Origin: Thermoanaerobaculia bacterium | Lineage (GTDB): Bacteria; Acidobacteriota; Thermoanaerobaculia; Multivoradales; JAGPDF01 | Assembly (NCBI GenBank): GCA_963699245.1 | Contig: OY969426.1 | Span: forward strand, 133,494 to 197,493 | Direction: 5' to 3' | DNA: 64,000 nt | Shown here: positions 40,047 through 48,611 of the stretch, piece by piece | How positions within the stretch are numbered: position 1 is the first letter of the stretch | Layout of the letters: each line of letters starts with the position of its first letter | The notes under the pieces: generated by a model | Told to the model about the DNA's origin: nothing | What the model saw: the letters and a program-made list of their open reading frames with translations, nothing else | Database searches by the model: none | Made by a program: the position numbers and the translations under genes

Positions 40047-40907
40047 TCAGGGCGCGGCGAGTTTCTGCGTGAGTTGGTCGAGGCGCTCCGCGACCGTGCG
40101 CAGCGCCGCCGTGTCCCGTCGTGCGGGCGGACGCGTCGCCAGCGCGGACCGCGCCGCCACGAGTGCGACGCGGGCTTCCGCCGGCCGACCGAGCTGGTCG
40201 AGCCATTCGGCCCGTTCGAGCAGCCAGCGCTCGTCCTCCGGCGAGGCGGCGATCAGACGGTCGACGATTGCCAGGGCACCCGCCGGATCGGAGCGCTCGC
40301 GCTCGAGCTCGAGCGCGCGGACGAGCAGCGACACGAGAGGTCCGAGTCGCGCCAGACCCTCGTCGAGTCCGGCGAGGGCGCCATCGAGGTCTCCGGCCGC
40401 CCGCTGCAGCTCGGCACGCGCGAGGTAATCCTCGGGGCGCGGCTGCTGCGCGAGCGCGAAGTATCGGGCGAAGGCTGCGATCGCGCCGGCACGATCTTTC
40501 CGCTCGCCCTCGACGGCCGCCAATTGGAACCATCCGCGGGCCGATCCGGGGTCCAGTTCGACGAATCGCCGAGCTTCGGCGCGCGCCTCCTCCGGGCGGT
40601 CGAGAGCGAGGAGGGCACGCGAGCGCTGGAGGTGAACGACGTCGAGGCGCGGTTCGATGGCGAGCGCGCGGTCGAAGTCGGGCAGGGCGTCGTCGGCGTG
40701 CCCCTCGTCGAGCAGCAGACTGCCGCGTGCGACGAGAAGATGGGCGTTGGCCGGCTCGGCGGCGAGGTCGCGATCGAGCAGGGCGAGCCGTTCGTCGAGG
40801 AAGGGATGGGCGCGCACGCGCCCGGCACCGCACAGGAATGCCAGCGCGATGACGGCGCCCAGGCCGAAGGCCCGGCCGCGACGAGTCGACGAGGACCGCT
40901 GTCTCAA
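40047..40907 (-). CDS. TPR-repeat protein, secreted/periplasmic
   Basis: Signal-like N-terminus AFGLGAVIALAFLCGAG. Repeated ..A..DFDRALAIEP.. / ..EEARAEARRFVELDPGSARGWF.. helical repeats. Confidence 0.75.
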   Translation of the reverse strand: MRQRSSSTRRGRAFGLGAVIALAFLCGAGRVRAHPFLDERLALLDRDLAAEPANAHLLVARGSLLLDEGHADDALPDFDRALAIEPRLDVVHLQRSRALLALDRPEEARAEARRFVELDPGSARGWFQLAAVEGERKDRAGAIAAFARYFALAQQPRPEDYLARAELQRAAGDLDGALAGLDEGLARLGPLVSLLVRALELERERSDPAGALAIVDRLIAASPEDERWLLERAEWLDQLGRPAEARVALVAARSALATRPPARRDTAALRTVAERLDQLTQKLAAP

Positions 40908-40962
40908 ACTATGCCGGATCGTAACGCCGCCGGGGGGCGCACAAGGTGAGCTACTTCGCAGC

Positions 40963-42725
40963 TCAGGGCGGAGCGGGTGCGTCCGAACTGCGGAAGACCT
41001 CGCGTCCTGCGAACAGCGTGAGCAGCACCCTGGCGTTCGAGATCTCGTGCGGCGGGATCTCGAAGAGGTTGCGGTCGAGGACGATCAGGTCGGCGGACTT
41101 GCCGACCTCGAGCGAGCCGGTCTCGCGCTCGTTGAAGGCGGCGTAGGCCGAGCCGATGGTGTAGGCGGCGAGCATCGTCGCGAGGCTCGACGCGCTCCTC
41201 GGGAATCCAGGCCGGGCCGGGGCCCTCGGTCGGGCCGCGGCGGGTGACCGCGACCTCGATCCCCTCGAGCGGCACCATCGAGCTGACCGACCAGTCGCTG
41301 CCGCCGGCGATCACCGCGCCGGTCGCGGCGACGCTGGCGATCGGGTAGAGCCAGCGCGAGCGCTCGGGCCCGAGCTGCGGCTCGGTGAGGTCGCGGATGT
41401 ACGGGTCGGCCCAGGCCCAGAGCGGCTGGAACGAGGCGACGGCGCCGAGCGCGCGGAAGCGCGGCACGTCGGCGGGGTCGAACAGCTCGATGTGCGCCAG
41501 GGTCGGCCGCCGGTCGCGCGGGCCGTTGGCGCGGCGCACCGCCTCGACGGCGTCGAGCGTCACGCGGATGGCGCGGTCGCCGATCGCGTGGACGTGGATC
41601 TGGAAGCCCGCGCGGTCGAGGGCGACGGCCATCGCCGCAGCGCGCCTCGTCCCATTCGAGCGTCGCCGCGCGAGCCGCCGCGGCCGAGGTAGGGGGCGAG
41701 CAGCGCCGCGGTGCCGACTCGATGACGCCGTCGGCGAAGAGCTTCGCCGCGCTGACGTGCACGTGCGGCCCCCAGTCCTGCGTCGCGCAGCGCGACGAGC
41801 TCGGCGAGCTGCGGCGCGAGCGGCTTCTCGGGGTCGACGTACATCGCGATGCCGACGTGCAGGCCGAGCTTGCCGGCGCGGTCGAGGTCGCGGTAGGCCT
41901 CGAGCTCGATCGCGTCGACGCTGGCGTCGAACAGGCCGACGAGCCCGGCGCGGTGGGCGAGCTCGACGGCGCGTGCGAGCCCGGCCGTGCGCTCCGCCTG
42001 CGGTGGTCTCGGGCAGGAGGCCGCGACACCAGGTCGGCTTCGCGCTCTCGCGCAGGGTGCCCGACGGCTCGCCGGTCGCCGCGTCGCGCTCGATGCGGCC
42101 CGTCGGCGGGTCGGGGGTCGTGGCGGTGATGCCGGCGAGCGCGAGCGCCCGCGAGTTGACCCAGGCGGAGTGGCCGTCGGCCGCCGTGAGGTAGACGGGG
42201 CGGTCCCCGGCCGCGGCGTCGAGCAGCGCCTTGCCGGGGTTGGCGGCGGGGAACAGCGGCAGCTCCCAGCCGCCGGCCGGCGATCCACGGCGTCGGTCGG
42301 GGTGCGCCGCGGCGTAGGCGCGGACGCGCTCGAGCGCCTCCGCGGCGGTCGTCGCGCCGTTGAGGCTCGCAGGCCTCAGCGTGCGCATGCCGCCGGTGAT
42401 CGGGTGGAGGTGGCTGTCGTGGAACCCGGGCAGGACGAAGCGGCCGCCGAGCGCGACGACTCGCGTCGCCGGGCCGATCCAGCGCCTGCGCGCCGTCGTC
42501 GCTGCCGACCTAGACGATGCGGCCGTCGCGGATCGCCACCGCCTCGGCCCAGCTCCGCGCCGCGTCGACGGTGTAGACCGCGCCGCCGGTGAGGACGAGG
42601 TCGGCCGGAGCCTCGGCGGCGAGAGCCGAACCGAGCGCGGCGACCGCCAGCGTCGCGGCGGTACGCAACCCTCTGGCGAGCGGCGCGTAAGATCTCCCGG
42701 GGGCTCGATCGATGCTGACCTTCAT
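40963..42725 (-). pseudogene. Amidohydro_3-type amidohydrolase (YtcJ-like), secreted, at least 5 frame switches
   Basis: Pieces: ORF 42510-42725 (signal + ADLVLTGGAVYTVD..AVAIRDGRIV), ORF 40904-42388 frame (..VYLTAADGHSAWVNSRALALAGI.. and ..FQIHVHAIGDRAIRVTLDAVE..GGSDWSVSS..), ORF 41560-42288 frame (..LVGLFDASVDAIELEAY..), ORF 40963-41175 (..GSLEVGKSADLIVLDRNLF..). Confidence 0.7.
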
Positions 42726-42909
42726 CCTCTGGCTGCTCCTCTTCTTGCTCTCCTGGCCGCTGGCTCTCGCGGCACTCGTGCTCTATCCGCTGTTCTGGCT
42801 GCTGCTGCTTCCTTTCCGACTGGTCGGCATCGCGGTCGGCGGGGTCTTCGCCTTCCTGCGCGCCCTGTTCTTCCTGCCGGCGCGGCTGCTCGGCGGCGCG
42901 CGCTCCTAG
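42712..42909 (+). CDS. small hydrophobic membrane protein (65 aa), hypothetical
   Basis: MLTFILWLLLFLLSWPLALAALVLYPLFWLLLLPFRLVGIAVGGVFAFLRALFFLPARLL: two predicted TM helices. It fills the only gap between the 2Fe-2S gene and the amidohydrolase on the opposite strand. The overlapping minus-strand frames look non-coding (Q/E/R runs). Confidence 0.4.
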   Translation: MLTFILWLLLFLLSWPLALAALVLYPLFWLLLLPFRLVGIAVGGVFAFLRALFFLPARLLGGARS

Positions 42910-43448
42910 TCCCCCGCCCCGGCGCCCGGCTCCGGCGAGCCGTAGAGGCTCTCGCGCGCCGGCTCCCAGGCCTCGCCGCGCAGCCTGGCGGCGGCGCCCT
43001 CGACTGCTTCGAGGATCTTCACGTAGCCGGTGCAGCGGCAGAGATTGCCGCCCAGCGCCGCGCGCACTTCGGCGCGCGTCGGACGGGCGTTTTCCGCCAG
43101 CAGCGCCTTCGCCGCCATCAGGATGCCGGGCGTGCAGTAGCCGCACTGCGCGGCGCCGAGGTCGGCGAAAGTCTCCTGCAGCGGGTGAAGACGGTTGCCG
43201 TCCTGCAGCCCTTCGACGGTCTCGATCCGCTTGCCCTCGGCCTCCGCGGCGAGCAGCAGGCAGGAGAGCACCGGCCGGCCGTCGACGAGCACCGTGCAGG
43301 TACCGCACTCGCCGAGCTCGCAGCCATGCTTGGTGCCGGTCAGGCCGAGCTCCTCGCGCAGCACCTCGAGCAGCGTGTGGTGGACGGGAAAGGCGACCGT
43401 GCGTGGCTCGCCGTTGACCGTCAGGGTGAGAGTGAGGGTGTCGCTCAT
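42906..43448 (-). CDS. (2Fe-2S)-binding small subunit of molybdenum hydroxylase (CoxS/HcrC-like)
   Basis: ATG 43448 (ATGA overlap with the tetR stop). GCELGECGTCTVLVDG..SC and AQCGYCTPGILM..NLCRCTGY. Confidence 0.9.
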   Translation of the reverse strand: MSDTLTLTLTVNGEPRTVAFPVHHTLLEVLREELGLTGTKHGCELGECGTCTVLVDGRPVLSCLLLAAEAEGKRIETVEGLQDGNRLHPLQETFADLGAAQCGYCTPGILMAAKALLAENARPTRAEVRAALGGNLCRCTGYVKILEAVEGAAARLRGEAWEPARESLYGSPEPGAGAGD

Positions 43449-44065
43449 CGCGTCGCCTTTCGCAGTCCGTCGAGAAAGAGGTCGGCGAACGCCGCGCCGA
43501 CCTCGGCCGCGCTCTTCGCGCCGCGCGGCGAATACCATTTGACCGTCCAGTTGAGCGCGCCGAGCAGCGCCAGCACCGCCAGCCGGGGCTCGCGCGGCGC
43601 CAGCTCGCCGGCGGCGACCCCCTGCTCGATCATCGAACTCAGCATCCGCTCGTAGCGCTTGCGCTTGCGCGACAGCGGCGCCCGCCGCTCGCCCGCCAGT
43701 GTCTCGATTTCGAGGTGGGCGAGCGAGCCCGGATAGGTCTCGTTCAGCGTCACCACGTGGGAGACGATCAGGCGGCGGAGCTTTTCGGCCGCCGGCAGCC
43801 CGAGCGCCGCGATGCGCTCGGCCTCGGCGAGGAGCCCGTCGAGCGTCGTCTCCTGGCAGAAGGCGAGCAGCTCCTCCTTGCCCCGGAAGTAGTAGTAGAG
43901 ATTGCCCGCCGTCATGCCGAGCTCGGCGGCGATCTCGCGCATGCCGGTGGCGGCGAGTCCCTGGCGGCGGAAGAGCGTCGAGGCGGCGGCGAGGATCTCC
44001 CGCCGCCGCGCGTCGGCGGCGGCTCCGCTGGCCTCCGGGCGCGCCATCGGGATCGTTTGAACCAT
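43445..44065 (-). CDS. TetR/AcrR family transcriptional regulator
   Basis: HTH RREILAAASTLFRRQGLAATGMREIAAELGMTAGNLYYYFRGKEELL. Confidence 0.9.
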   Translation of the reverse strand: MVQTIPMARPEASGAAADARRREILAAASTLFRRQGLAATGMREIAAELGMTAGNLYYYFRGKEELLAFCQETTLDGLLAEAERIAALGLPAAEKLRRLIVSHVVTLNETYPGSLAHLEIETLAGERRAPLSRKRKRYERMLSSMIEQGVAAGELAPREPRLAVLALLGALNWTVKWYSPRGAKSAAEVGAAFADLFLDGLRKATR

Positions 44066-44073
44066 CGTTCAAA
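44056..44073. promoter_or_regulatory. inverted repeat TTTGAAC-CATC-GTTCAAA, candidate TetR autoregulatory operator
   Basis: 7-bp perfect arms centred on the tetR start codon (CAT 44063-44065), 63 nt upstream of the divergent VOC gene. Same flanks as the site at 37924-37946. Confidence 0.5.
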
Positions 44074-44135
44074 TTCTGGCGTGGCGGCCCCGGCGCGTCA
44101 AGCGGGGAGTAGACTTTCGGTCGAAGGGAGCAGCG

Positions 44136-44900
44136 ATGACCGATCCGACCGTGCGCGGACGATTTCTCTGGACGGAGCTGCTCACCCGCCACCCCGAGAC
44201 GGCGCTCCGGTTCTATCCCGCCGTGCTCGGCTGGGGCACCGAGCGCTACCCGATGCCGGGGGGCGAGACCTACACGATGTGGACCGCGCAGGGCGTACCG
44301 ATCGGCGGCCTCCAGCCGTTGCCGGCCGACGCGAAGGCGCCTTCGAGCTGGCTGCCCTACTTCGGCGTGCCCGACGTCGACGCCGCGGTGATGCGGGCCG
44401 AAGAGGAGGGCGCCGTGGTTGCGGCGCCGCCGGCGGACATTCCGGAGACCGGACGATTCGCGGTGCTGGAGGATCCCTTCGGCGCCAACTTCGCGGTCTA
44501 CCGCCCGCTCCGCGAGCCCGGCCCGGAACGGCTGCCGCCCGCGATCGGGGACTTCGCCTGGTTCGAGCTCGCGACCCCCAACCTCCGGCACGCGCTCGAG
44601 TTCTACGGGGAGCTCTTCGGCTGGACGCGGGGCGAGCTGCACGCGGGCGACGGGATCGGCGACTACCAGGTGATCGAGCGCGCGGGACGGCCGATCGGGG
44701 GGATCTACGCCGCTGCCGACGCCATGCAGCCGGCCTGGCTGGGCTACGTCCGGGTGGCGGACCTCACCGCGGCGGTGGAAGGGGTCGAAGTCGGCGGCGG
44801 TCGGATCGTCGTGCCGGCGCGCGAAGTTCCCGGCGGAGCGCGCATCGCCGTCGCAGCCGACCCCGACGGCGCTCCGTTCGCCCTGATCCGGATGCCCTAG
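44136..44900 (+). CDS. VOC (glyoxalase/bleomycin-resistance) family protein, two tandem domains
   Basis: RFLWTELLTRHPETALRFYPAVLGW.. and FAWFELATPNLRHALEFYGELFGW... Each half ends ..DPFGANFAV / ..DPDGAPFAL. Confidence 0.85.
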   Translation: MTDPTVRGRFLWTELLTRHPETALRFYPAVLGWGTERYPMPGGETYTMWTAQGVPIGGLQPLPADAKAPSSWLPYFGVPDVDAAVMRAEEEGAVVAAPPADIPETGRFAVLEDPFGANFAVYRPLREPGPERLPPAIGDFAWFELATPNLRHALEFYGELFGWTRGELHAGDGIGDYQVIERAGRPIGGIYAAADAMQPAWLGYVRVADLTAAVEGVEVGGGRIVVPAREVPGGARIAVAADPDGAPFALIRMP

Positions 44901-44968
44901 GCGGGGGGGCCTCCTTCCCGCCGCGGCAGGAGTAGACTCCGCCCCCTACCCCCAACAGGAGGACCGAG

Positions 44969-45511
44969 ATGCGGATGCGTACCGTCGCCCTGTCGTTGTT
45001 CGCCATCGCCCTGCCGGCAGCTCTTGCCGCCCAGACCGCGGCGCCGCCCGCCGACGCCGCGAAGGCGGAGTACCTCGCCGTCTACGACGAGACGGCGACT
45101 AAGCTCAAGCAGCTCGCCGAAGCGATTCCGGAGGCGAAGTACGGCTGGTCGCCGGCCAAGGGAGTGCGGACGGTCGGCCAGGTCGTCGGCCACGTCGCGG
45201 GCGCCCAGTACCTGTTCATGCGCACCGCGGGGATGGCCATGCCCGCCGGCGCGCCGATGGCAGAGAACGACCTCGAGAACCTGAAGACGAAGGCGGAGTA
45301 CGTCGCGGCGCTCGACAAGGCGCTCGCCTTCGCCCGCAAGTGCGCCGCCGAGGCGACGCCGGAGCAGCTCGCGAAGAAGGCCAACTTCTTCGGCAGCGAA
45401 GCGAGCGGACGCGCGCTCTTCCTGATGTTGCACGGCCACATGAGCGAGCACCTCGGGCAACTCATCGCCTACGCCCGCTCGGTCGGCGTCACGCCCCCCT
45501 GGTCCAAGTAA
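44969..45511 (+). CDS. DinB-family protein with signal peptide
   Basis: MRMRTVALSLFAIALPAALAAQ. His triad context VGHVAGAQY and LHGHMSEHLGQLIAY. Confidence 0.8.
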   Translation: MRMRTVALSLFAIALPAALAAQTAAPPADAAKAEYLAVYDETATKLKQLAEAIPEAKYGWSPAKGVRTVGQVVGHVAGAQYLFMRTAGMAMPAGAPMAENDLENLKTKAEYVAALDKALAFARKCAAEATPEQLAKKANFFGSEASGRALFLMLHGHMSEHLGQLIAYARSVGVTPPWSK

Positions 45512-45523
45512 GTCCTCTGCCGC

Positions 45524-45582
45524 GGTCCCGCTCCACCGGGCGGCGCCGGCTCGTCGCCGGGGCGCTAGGGTGGAGCGGGGCC
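45524..45582 (+). promoter_or_regulatory. 14-bp stem-loop between the dinB-like gene and archease, covering the archease start region
   Basis: GGTCCCGCTCCACC (45524-45537) pairs with GGTGGAGCGGGGCC (45569-45582): 13 Watson-Crick pairs plus 1 G.U. The 31-nt loop has an inner 5-bp hairpin. The right arm contains GTG 45570 and the GGAG preceding GTG 45588. Confidence 0.35.
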
Positions 45583-45986
45583 CCGTCGTGACTCGCCGCT
45601 TCCTCGCCCACACCGCCGACCTGCGCGCCGAGCTCGCGGCGCCCGATCTTCCCGCGCTCTACAGCGAGGGAGCGGCGCTGGTGCGCGAGATTCTGGTCGA
45701 TGGAAGCGAGGTCGCTCCGCGCGAGAGCCGCCGCGTCGCGCTCGAGGGGGACGAGGAAGGCGAGCGCTACTTCCGCTTCCTGCGCGAGCTGGTCTACCTC
45801 GCCGACGCGGAGTCCTTCCTCCCCGCGGCGGTGCGCTACGAGGATCCCTTCGCGGTCGTCGCCGGCGAGCGCTTCGATCCGGCCCGCCATGTCAGCGAGC
45901 GCGCGATCAAGGCGGTGACGCGACATCGCTTCGGCTTCGAACGGGACGCGGCGGGCTACCGCTGCGAGGTGGTTTTCGACCTGTGA
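45570..45986 (+). CDS. archease (RtcB activator)
   Basis: ..RRFLAHTADLRAEL.. and C-terminal ..IKAVTRHRFGFERDAAGYRCEVVFDL. The stop overlaps the rtcB start. Alternative start GTG 45588. Confidence 0.8.
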   Translation: MERGPVVTRRFLAHTADLRAELAAPDLPALYSEGAALVREILVDGSEVAPRESRRVALEGDEEGERYFRFLRELVYLADAESFLPAAVRYEDPFAVVAGERFDPARHVSERAIKAVTRHRFGFERDAAGYRCEVVFDL

Positions 45987-47434
45987 CCCGCGACCATCCC
46001 CTTCCGAAGCTCGAGCGGCTCGACGAGTTCCGCTGGCGCATCCCGAAGTCGGGCCCGATGCTGACCGAAGGGCTGGTCTTCGCGTCGGCGGCGCAGGTAC
46101 GCGAGCTCGAGAACGACGAGGCGTTGCGCCAGGTCGCCAACGTCGCTTGCCTGCCCGGCATCGTCGGCCCCTCGATCGCGATGCCGGACATCCACTGGGG
46201 GTACGGTTTCCCGATCGGCGGCGTCGCTGCCTTCGATCCTGCGGACGGCGTCGTCTCGCCCGGCGGCGTCGGCTACGACATCAATTGCGGCGTCCGCCTG
46301 CTCGAGGTGCCGCTCGCGGTGGGGGACGTCCGCCCGCGCCTGCGCGAACTGGTCGACGAGCTCTTCCGCGCCGTTCCTTCGGGCGTCGGCTCGACACGCT
46401 CGGACGTCAAGCTCAACGACGCGCAACTCGACAGGATCTTCGCGGGAGGCGCGGCGCGCGCGGTCGAAATGGGCTTCGGGCGCGCCGAAGACCTCGCGGC
46501 GATCGAGGGGGGCGGCCAGCTGCCCGAGGCCGATGCGAAGCAAGTCTCGCCGCGCGCGCGCGAGCGCGGCCGCGACCAGCTCGGCACCCTGGGCTCGGGC
46601 AACCACTTCGTCGAGGTGCAGTGGATCGACGAAACCTATGGCAGCGCGGCGCGCGACCTCGGTCTCGAGGAGGGGACGGTGACGGTGCTCATCCACACCG
46701 GCTCGCGCGGCCTCGGTCACCAGGTCTGCGACGACCACCTCGACGTCATGCTGGCCGCGGCGCGGAAGTACGGCATCGCGCTGCCCGATCCCCAGCTCTG
46801 CTGCGCACCCCTCGGCAGCCCCGAGGCGCGCGCCTACTGGGGGGCGATGAACGCCGCCGCCAATTTCGCCTTCGCCAACCGGCAGCTCATCACCCACTTC
46901 GTGCGCCGCGCCTTCGCGCGCCTCTTCGGCGAGAGCGTCGCTGACGGCATCGGCCTCGTCTACGACGTGGCGCACAACATCGCGAAGCTCGAGGAGCACG
47001 TCGTCGAGGGAAGGAAGCGCCGGCTCTGCGTCCACCGCAAGGGGGCGACGCGCGCCTTCGCGGCCGGCCATCCGGAGCTCGCGCCGCGCTTCCGCGAGCA
47101 CGGCCAGCCGGTGCTGGTGCCGGGCGACATGGGGCGGTGCAGCTACGTGCTGGTCGGGCTCGACCGCGCCGCCTCCGAGTCCTTCTCCTCCTGCTGCCAC
47201 GGCGCCGGTCGGCGCCTGTCGCGCCATGCCGCCAGGAAGGAAGCCCGTCCGCGCAACCTGGTGCGCGAGCTCGAAGCGCGCGGCATCCTGGTGCGCGCGG
47301 CCAGCCGCGCCACGGTCGACGAGGAGATGCCCGAGGCCTACAAGGACGTCTCCGCCGTCGTCGACGTGGTCGACGGCGCCGGCCTGGCGAGAAAAGCCGC
47401 GCGGCTGCGCCCCCTCGCCGTGGTCAAGGGCTGA
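45983..47434 (+). CDS. rtcB: RNA-splicing ligase RtcB
   Basis: ..PDIHWGYGFPIGGVAA.., GGVGYDINCGVRLL, LGSGNHFVEVQ, IHTGSRGLGHQV, ..VPGDMG.., ..SCCHGAGR.. Confidence 0.95.
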   Translation: MTRDHPLPKLERLDEFRWRIPKSGPMLTEGLVFASAAQVRELENDEALRQVANVACLPGIVGPSIAMPDIHWGYGFPIGGVAAFDPADGVVSPGGVGYDINCGVRLLEVPLAVGDVRPRLRELVDELFRAVPSGVGSTRSDVKLNDAQLDRIFAGGAARAVEMGFGRAEDLAAIEGGGQLPEADAKQVSPRARERGRDQLGTLGSGNHFVEVQWIDETYGSAARDLGLEEGTVTVLIHTGSRGLGHQVCDDHLDVMLAAARKYGIALPDPQLCCAPLGSPEARAYWGAMNAAANFAFANRQLITHFVRRAFARLFGESVADGIGLVYDVAHNIAKLEEHVVEGRKRRLCVHRKGATRAFAAGHPELAPRFREHGQPVLVPGDMGRCSYVLVGLDRAASESFSSCCHGAGRRLSRHAARKEARPRNLVRELEARGILVRAASRATVDEEMPEAYKDVSAVVDVVDGAGLARKAARLRPLAVVKG

Positions 47435-47444
47435 GCGCGACGGC

Positions 47445-48611
47445 TCAGGCCGCGGCGGCGAAACGGCGGATCGCGATCGCCACCCGCCCTTCGGGCATGG
47501 CGCCGAGCGGCAGGGTGTAGACCTCGCCGCCGGTGGTCAGCGTGCGCTCCGCCGCCAGCTCGAGCAGCTCGACGTCCCCCTTCTCCCGCGCCACGCGCAC
47601 GGTGACGCGGCAGAGGTCGGGCTCGTAGGAGCCCCAGCGCTCCGCCTCGCGGGCGAGGAAGAGGGTCTCGAGCGCCCCCTGGTCGGCGGCCTGCACGATC
47701 TGGTCGAAGTCGTCGACACCGCGCCGGGTGGCTCGCAACTCGACCCAGCGCACGAGCTCGGCGTCGAGATGATGCAGCGCCTCCTGGCGGACGACCTGGC
47801 GCGCGAGCTGGTCGAGCTCCAGGTTCGAGATGAAATCGGGATTGCCCGTGATGCCCTCGGCGGTGATGCGCAGCCGGCGATTGGCCCGGGCGAAGAGCGG
47901 GTGGTAGGACTCCACCGCGGCGAGGACGAGCGGCGCGCCGATCTCCGGCAGTCCGCGCTCGAGGACGTCGACGATGCGGCGGAAGAAGTGGAGCACGTCG
48001 TCCTTCTGGTTCTCCTCGTCGCCGTCGCCATGGCCGTGGAAGAGGGCCGAGCGGCGTCCGAGCGCCGACGGGCTGCCGGTGTGGGTGTAGACGTTGGTGT
48101 CGTACTCCTCGTATCCCATCGCGGCGTCGAAGCTCGCCGGGAGGCCGGGCAGCGCCAGCTCGCGGAAGTCCTCGCGGTTTCCCTCCAGCAGGCGCACCTG
48201 TTTCAGGCTCACCGCCAGGGCGTAGAAGTGCTCCGGCCGGGTGAGCAGCGGCAGCAGCGGCCGGATCGAGAAGCGCTCGCCGAGCACGATGCGCTCGGGC
48301 AGCTCGAAGTCGACGTGCACCCGGCGCAGGAAGCCGGGGGCCGAGAAGAAGGCGAGCCCGCCGGCCGGGATCGACCAGAAGCCCTCCGCCGCGGCCATCG
48401 CCTCGATCGGCTCGATGACCTGCCGGGCGACCTCGTCGTCCAGATCGAGCTCCGCCATCTCGCCGACCGCGGCGCGAATCAGATTGGCGAATCGCACCGG
48501 ATCCTGCTTGCCGGCGCTGCCGCCGCCAGTGACGGGCATGAAGATGGAGAGACAGGGAGAACCTTCCAGCCGCGCCAGCGCGGCGAGTTGCTTGCGATCG
48601 AGGCGATCCAT
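47445..48611 (-). CDS. baeRF3-like (bacterial eRF1/release-factor-fold) protein
   Basis: 388-aa ORF. N-terminal ..LARLEGSPCLSIFMPVT..GKQDPVRFANLIRAA.., ..HFYALAVSLKQVRLLEG.., ..ALFHGHGDGDEENQKDDVLHFFRRI.., C-terminal ..LLELAAERTLTTGGEVYTLPLGAMPEGRVAIAIRRF. This matches my recollection of the baeRF3 family consensus; not verified by HMM. Confidence 0.55.
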   Translation of the reverse strand: MDRLDRKQLAALARLEGSPCLSIFMPVTGGGSAGKQDPVRFANLIRAAVGEMAELDLDDEVARQVIEPIEAMAAAEGFWSIPAGGLAFFSAPGFLRRVHVDFELPERIVLGERFSIRPLLPLLTRPEHFYALAVSLKQVRLLEGNREDFRELALPGLPASFDAAMGYEEYDTNVYTHTGSPSALGRRSALFHGHGDGDEENQKDDVLHFFRRIVDVLERGLPEIGAPLVLAAVESYHPLFARANRRLRITAEGITGNPDFISNLELDQLARQVVRQEALHHLDAELVRWVELRATRRGVDDFDQIVQAADQGALETLFLAREAERWGSYEPDLCRVTVRVAREKGDVELLELAAERTLTTGGEVYTLPLGAMPEGRVAIAIRRFAAAA

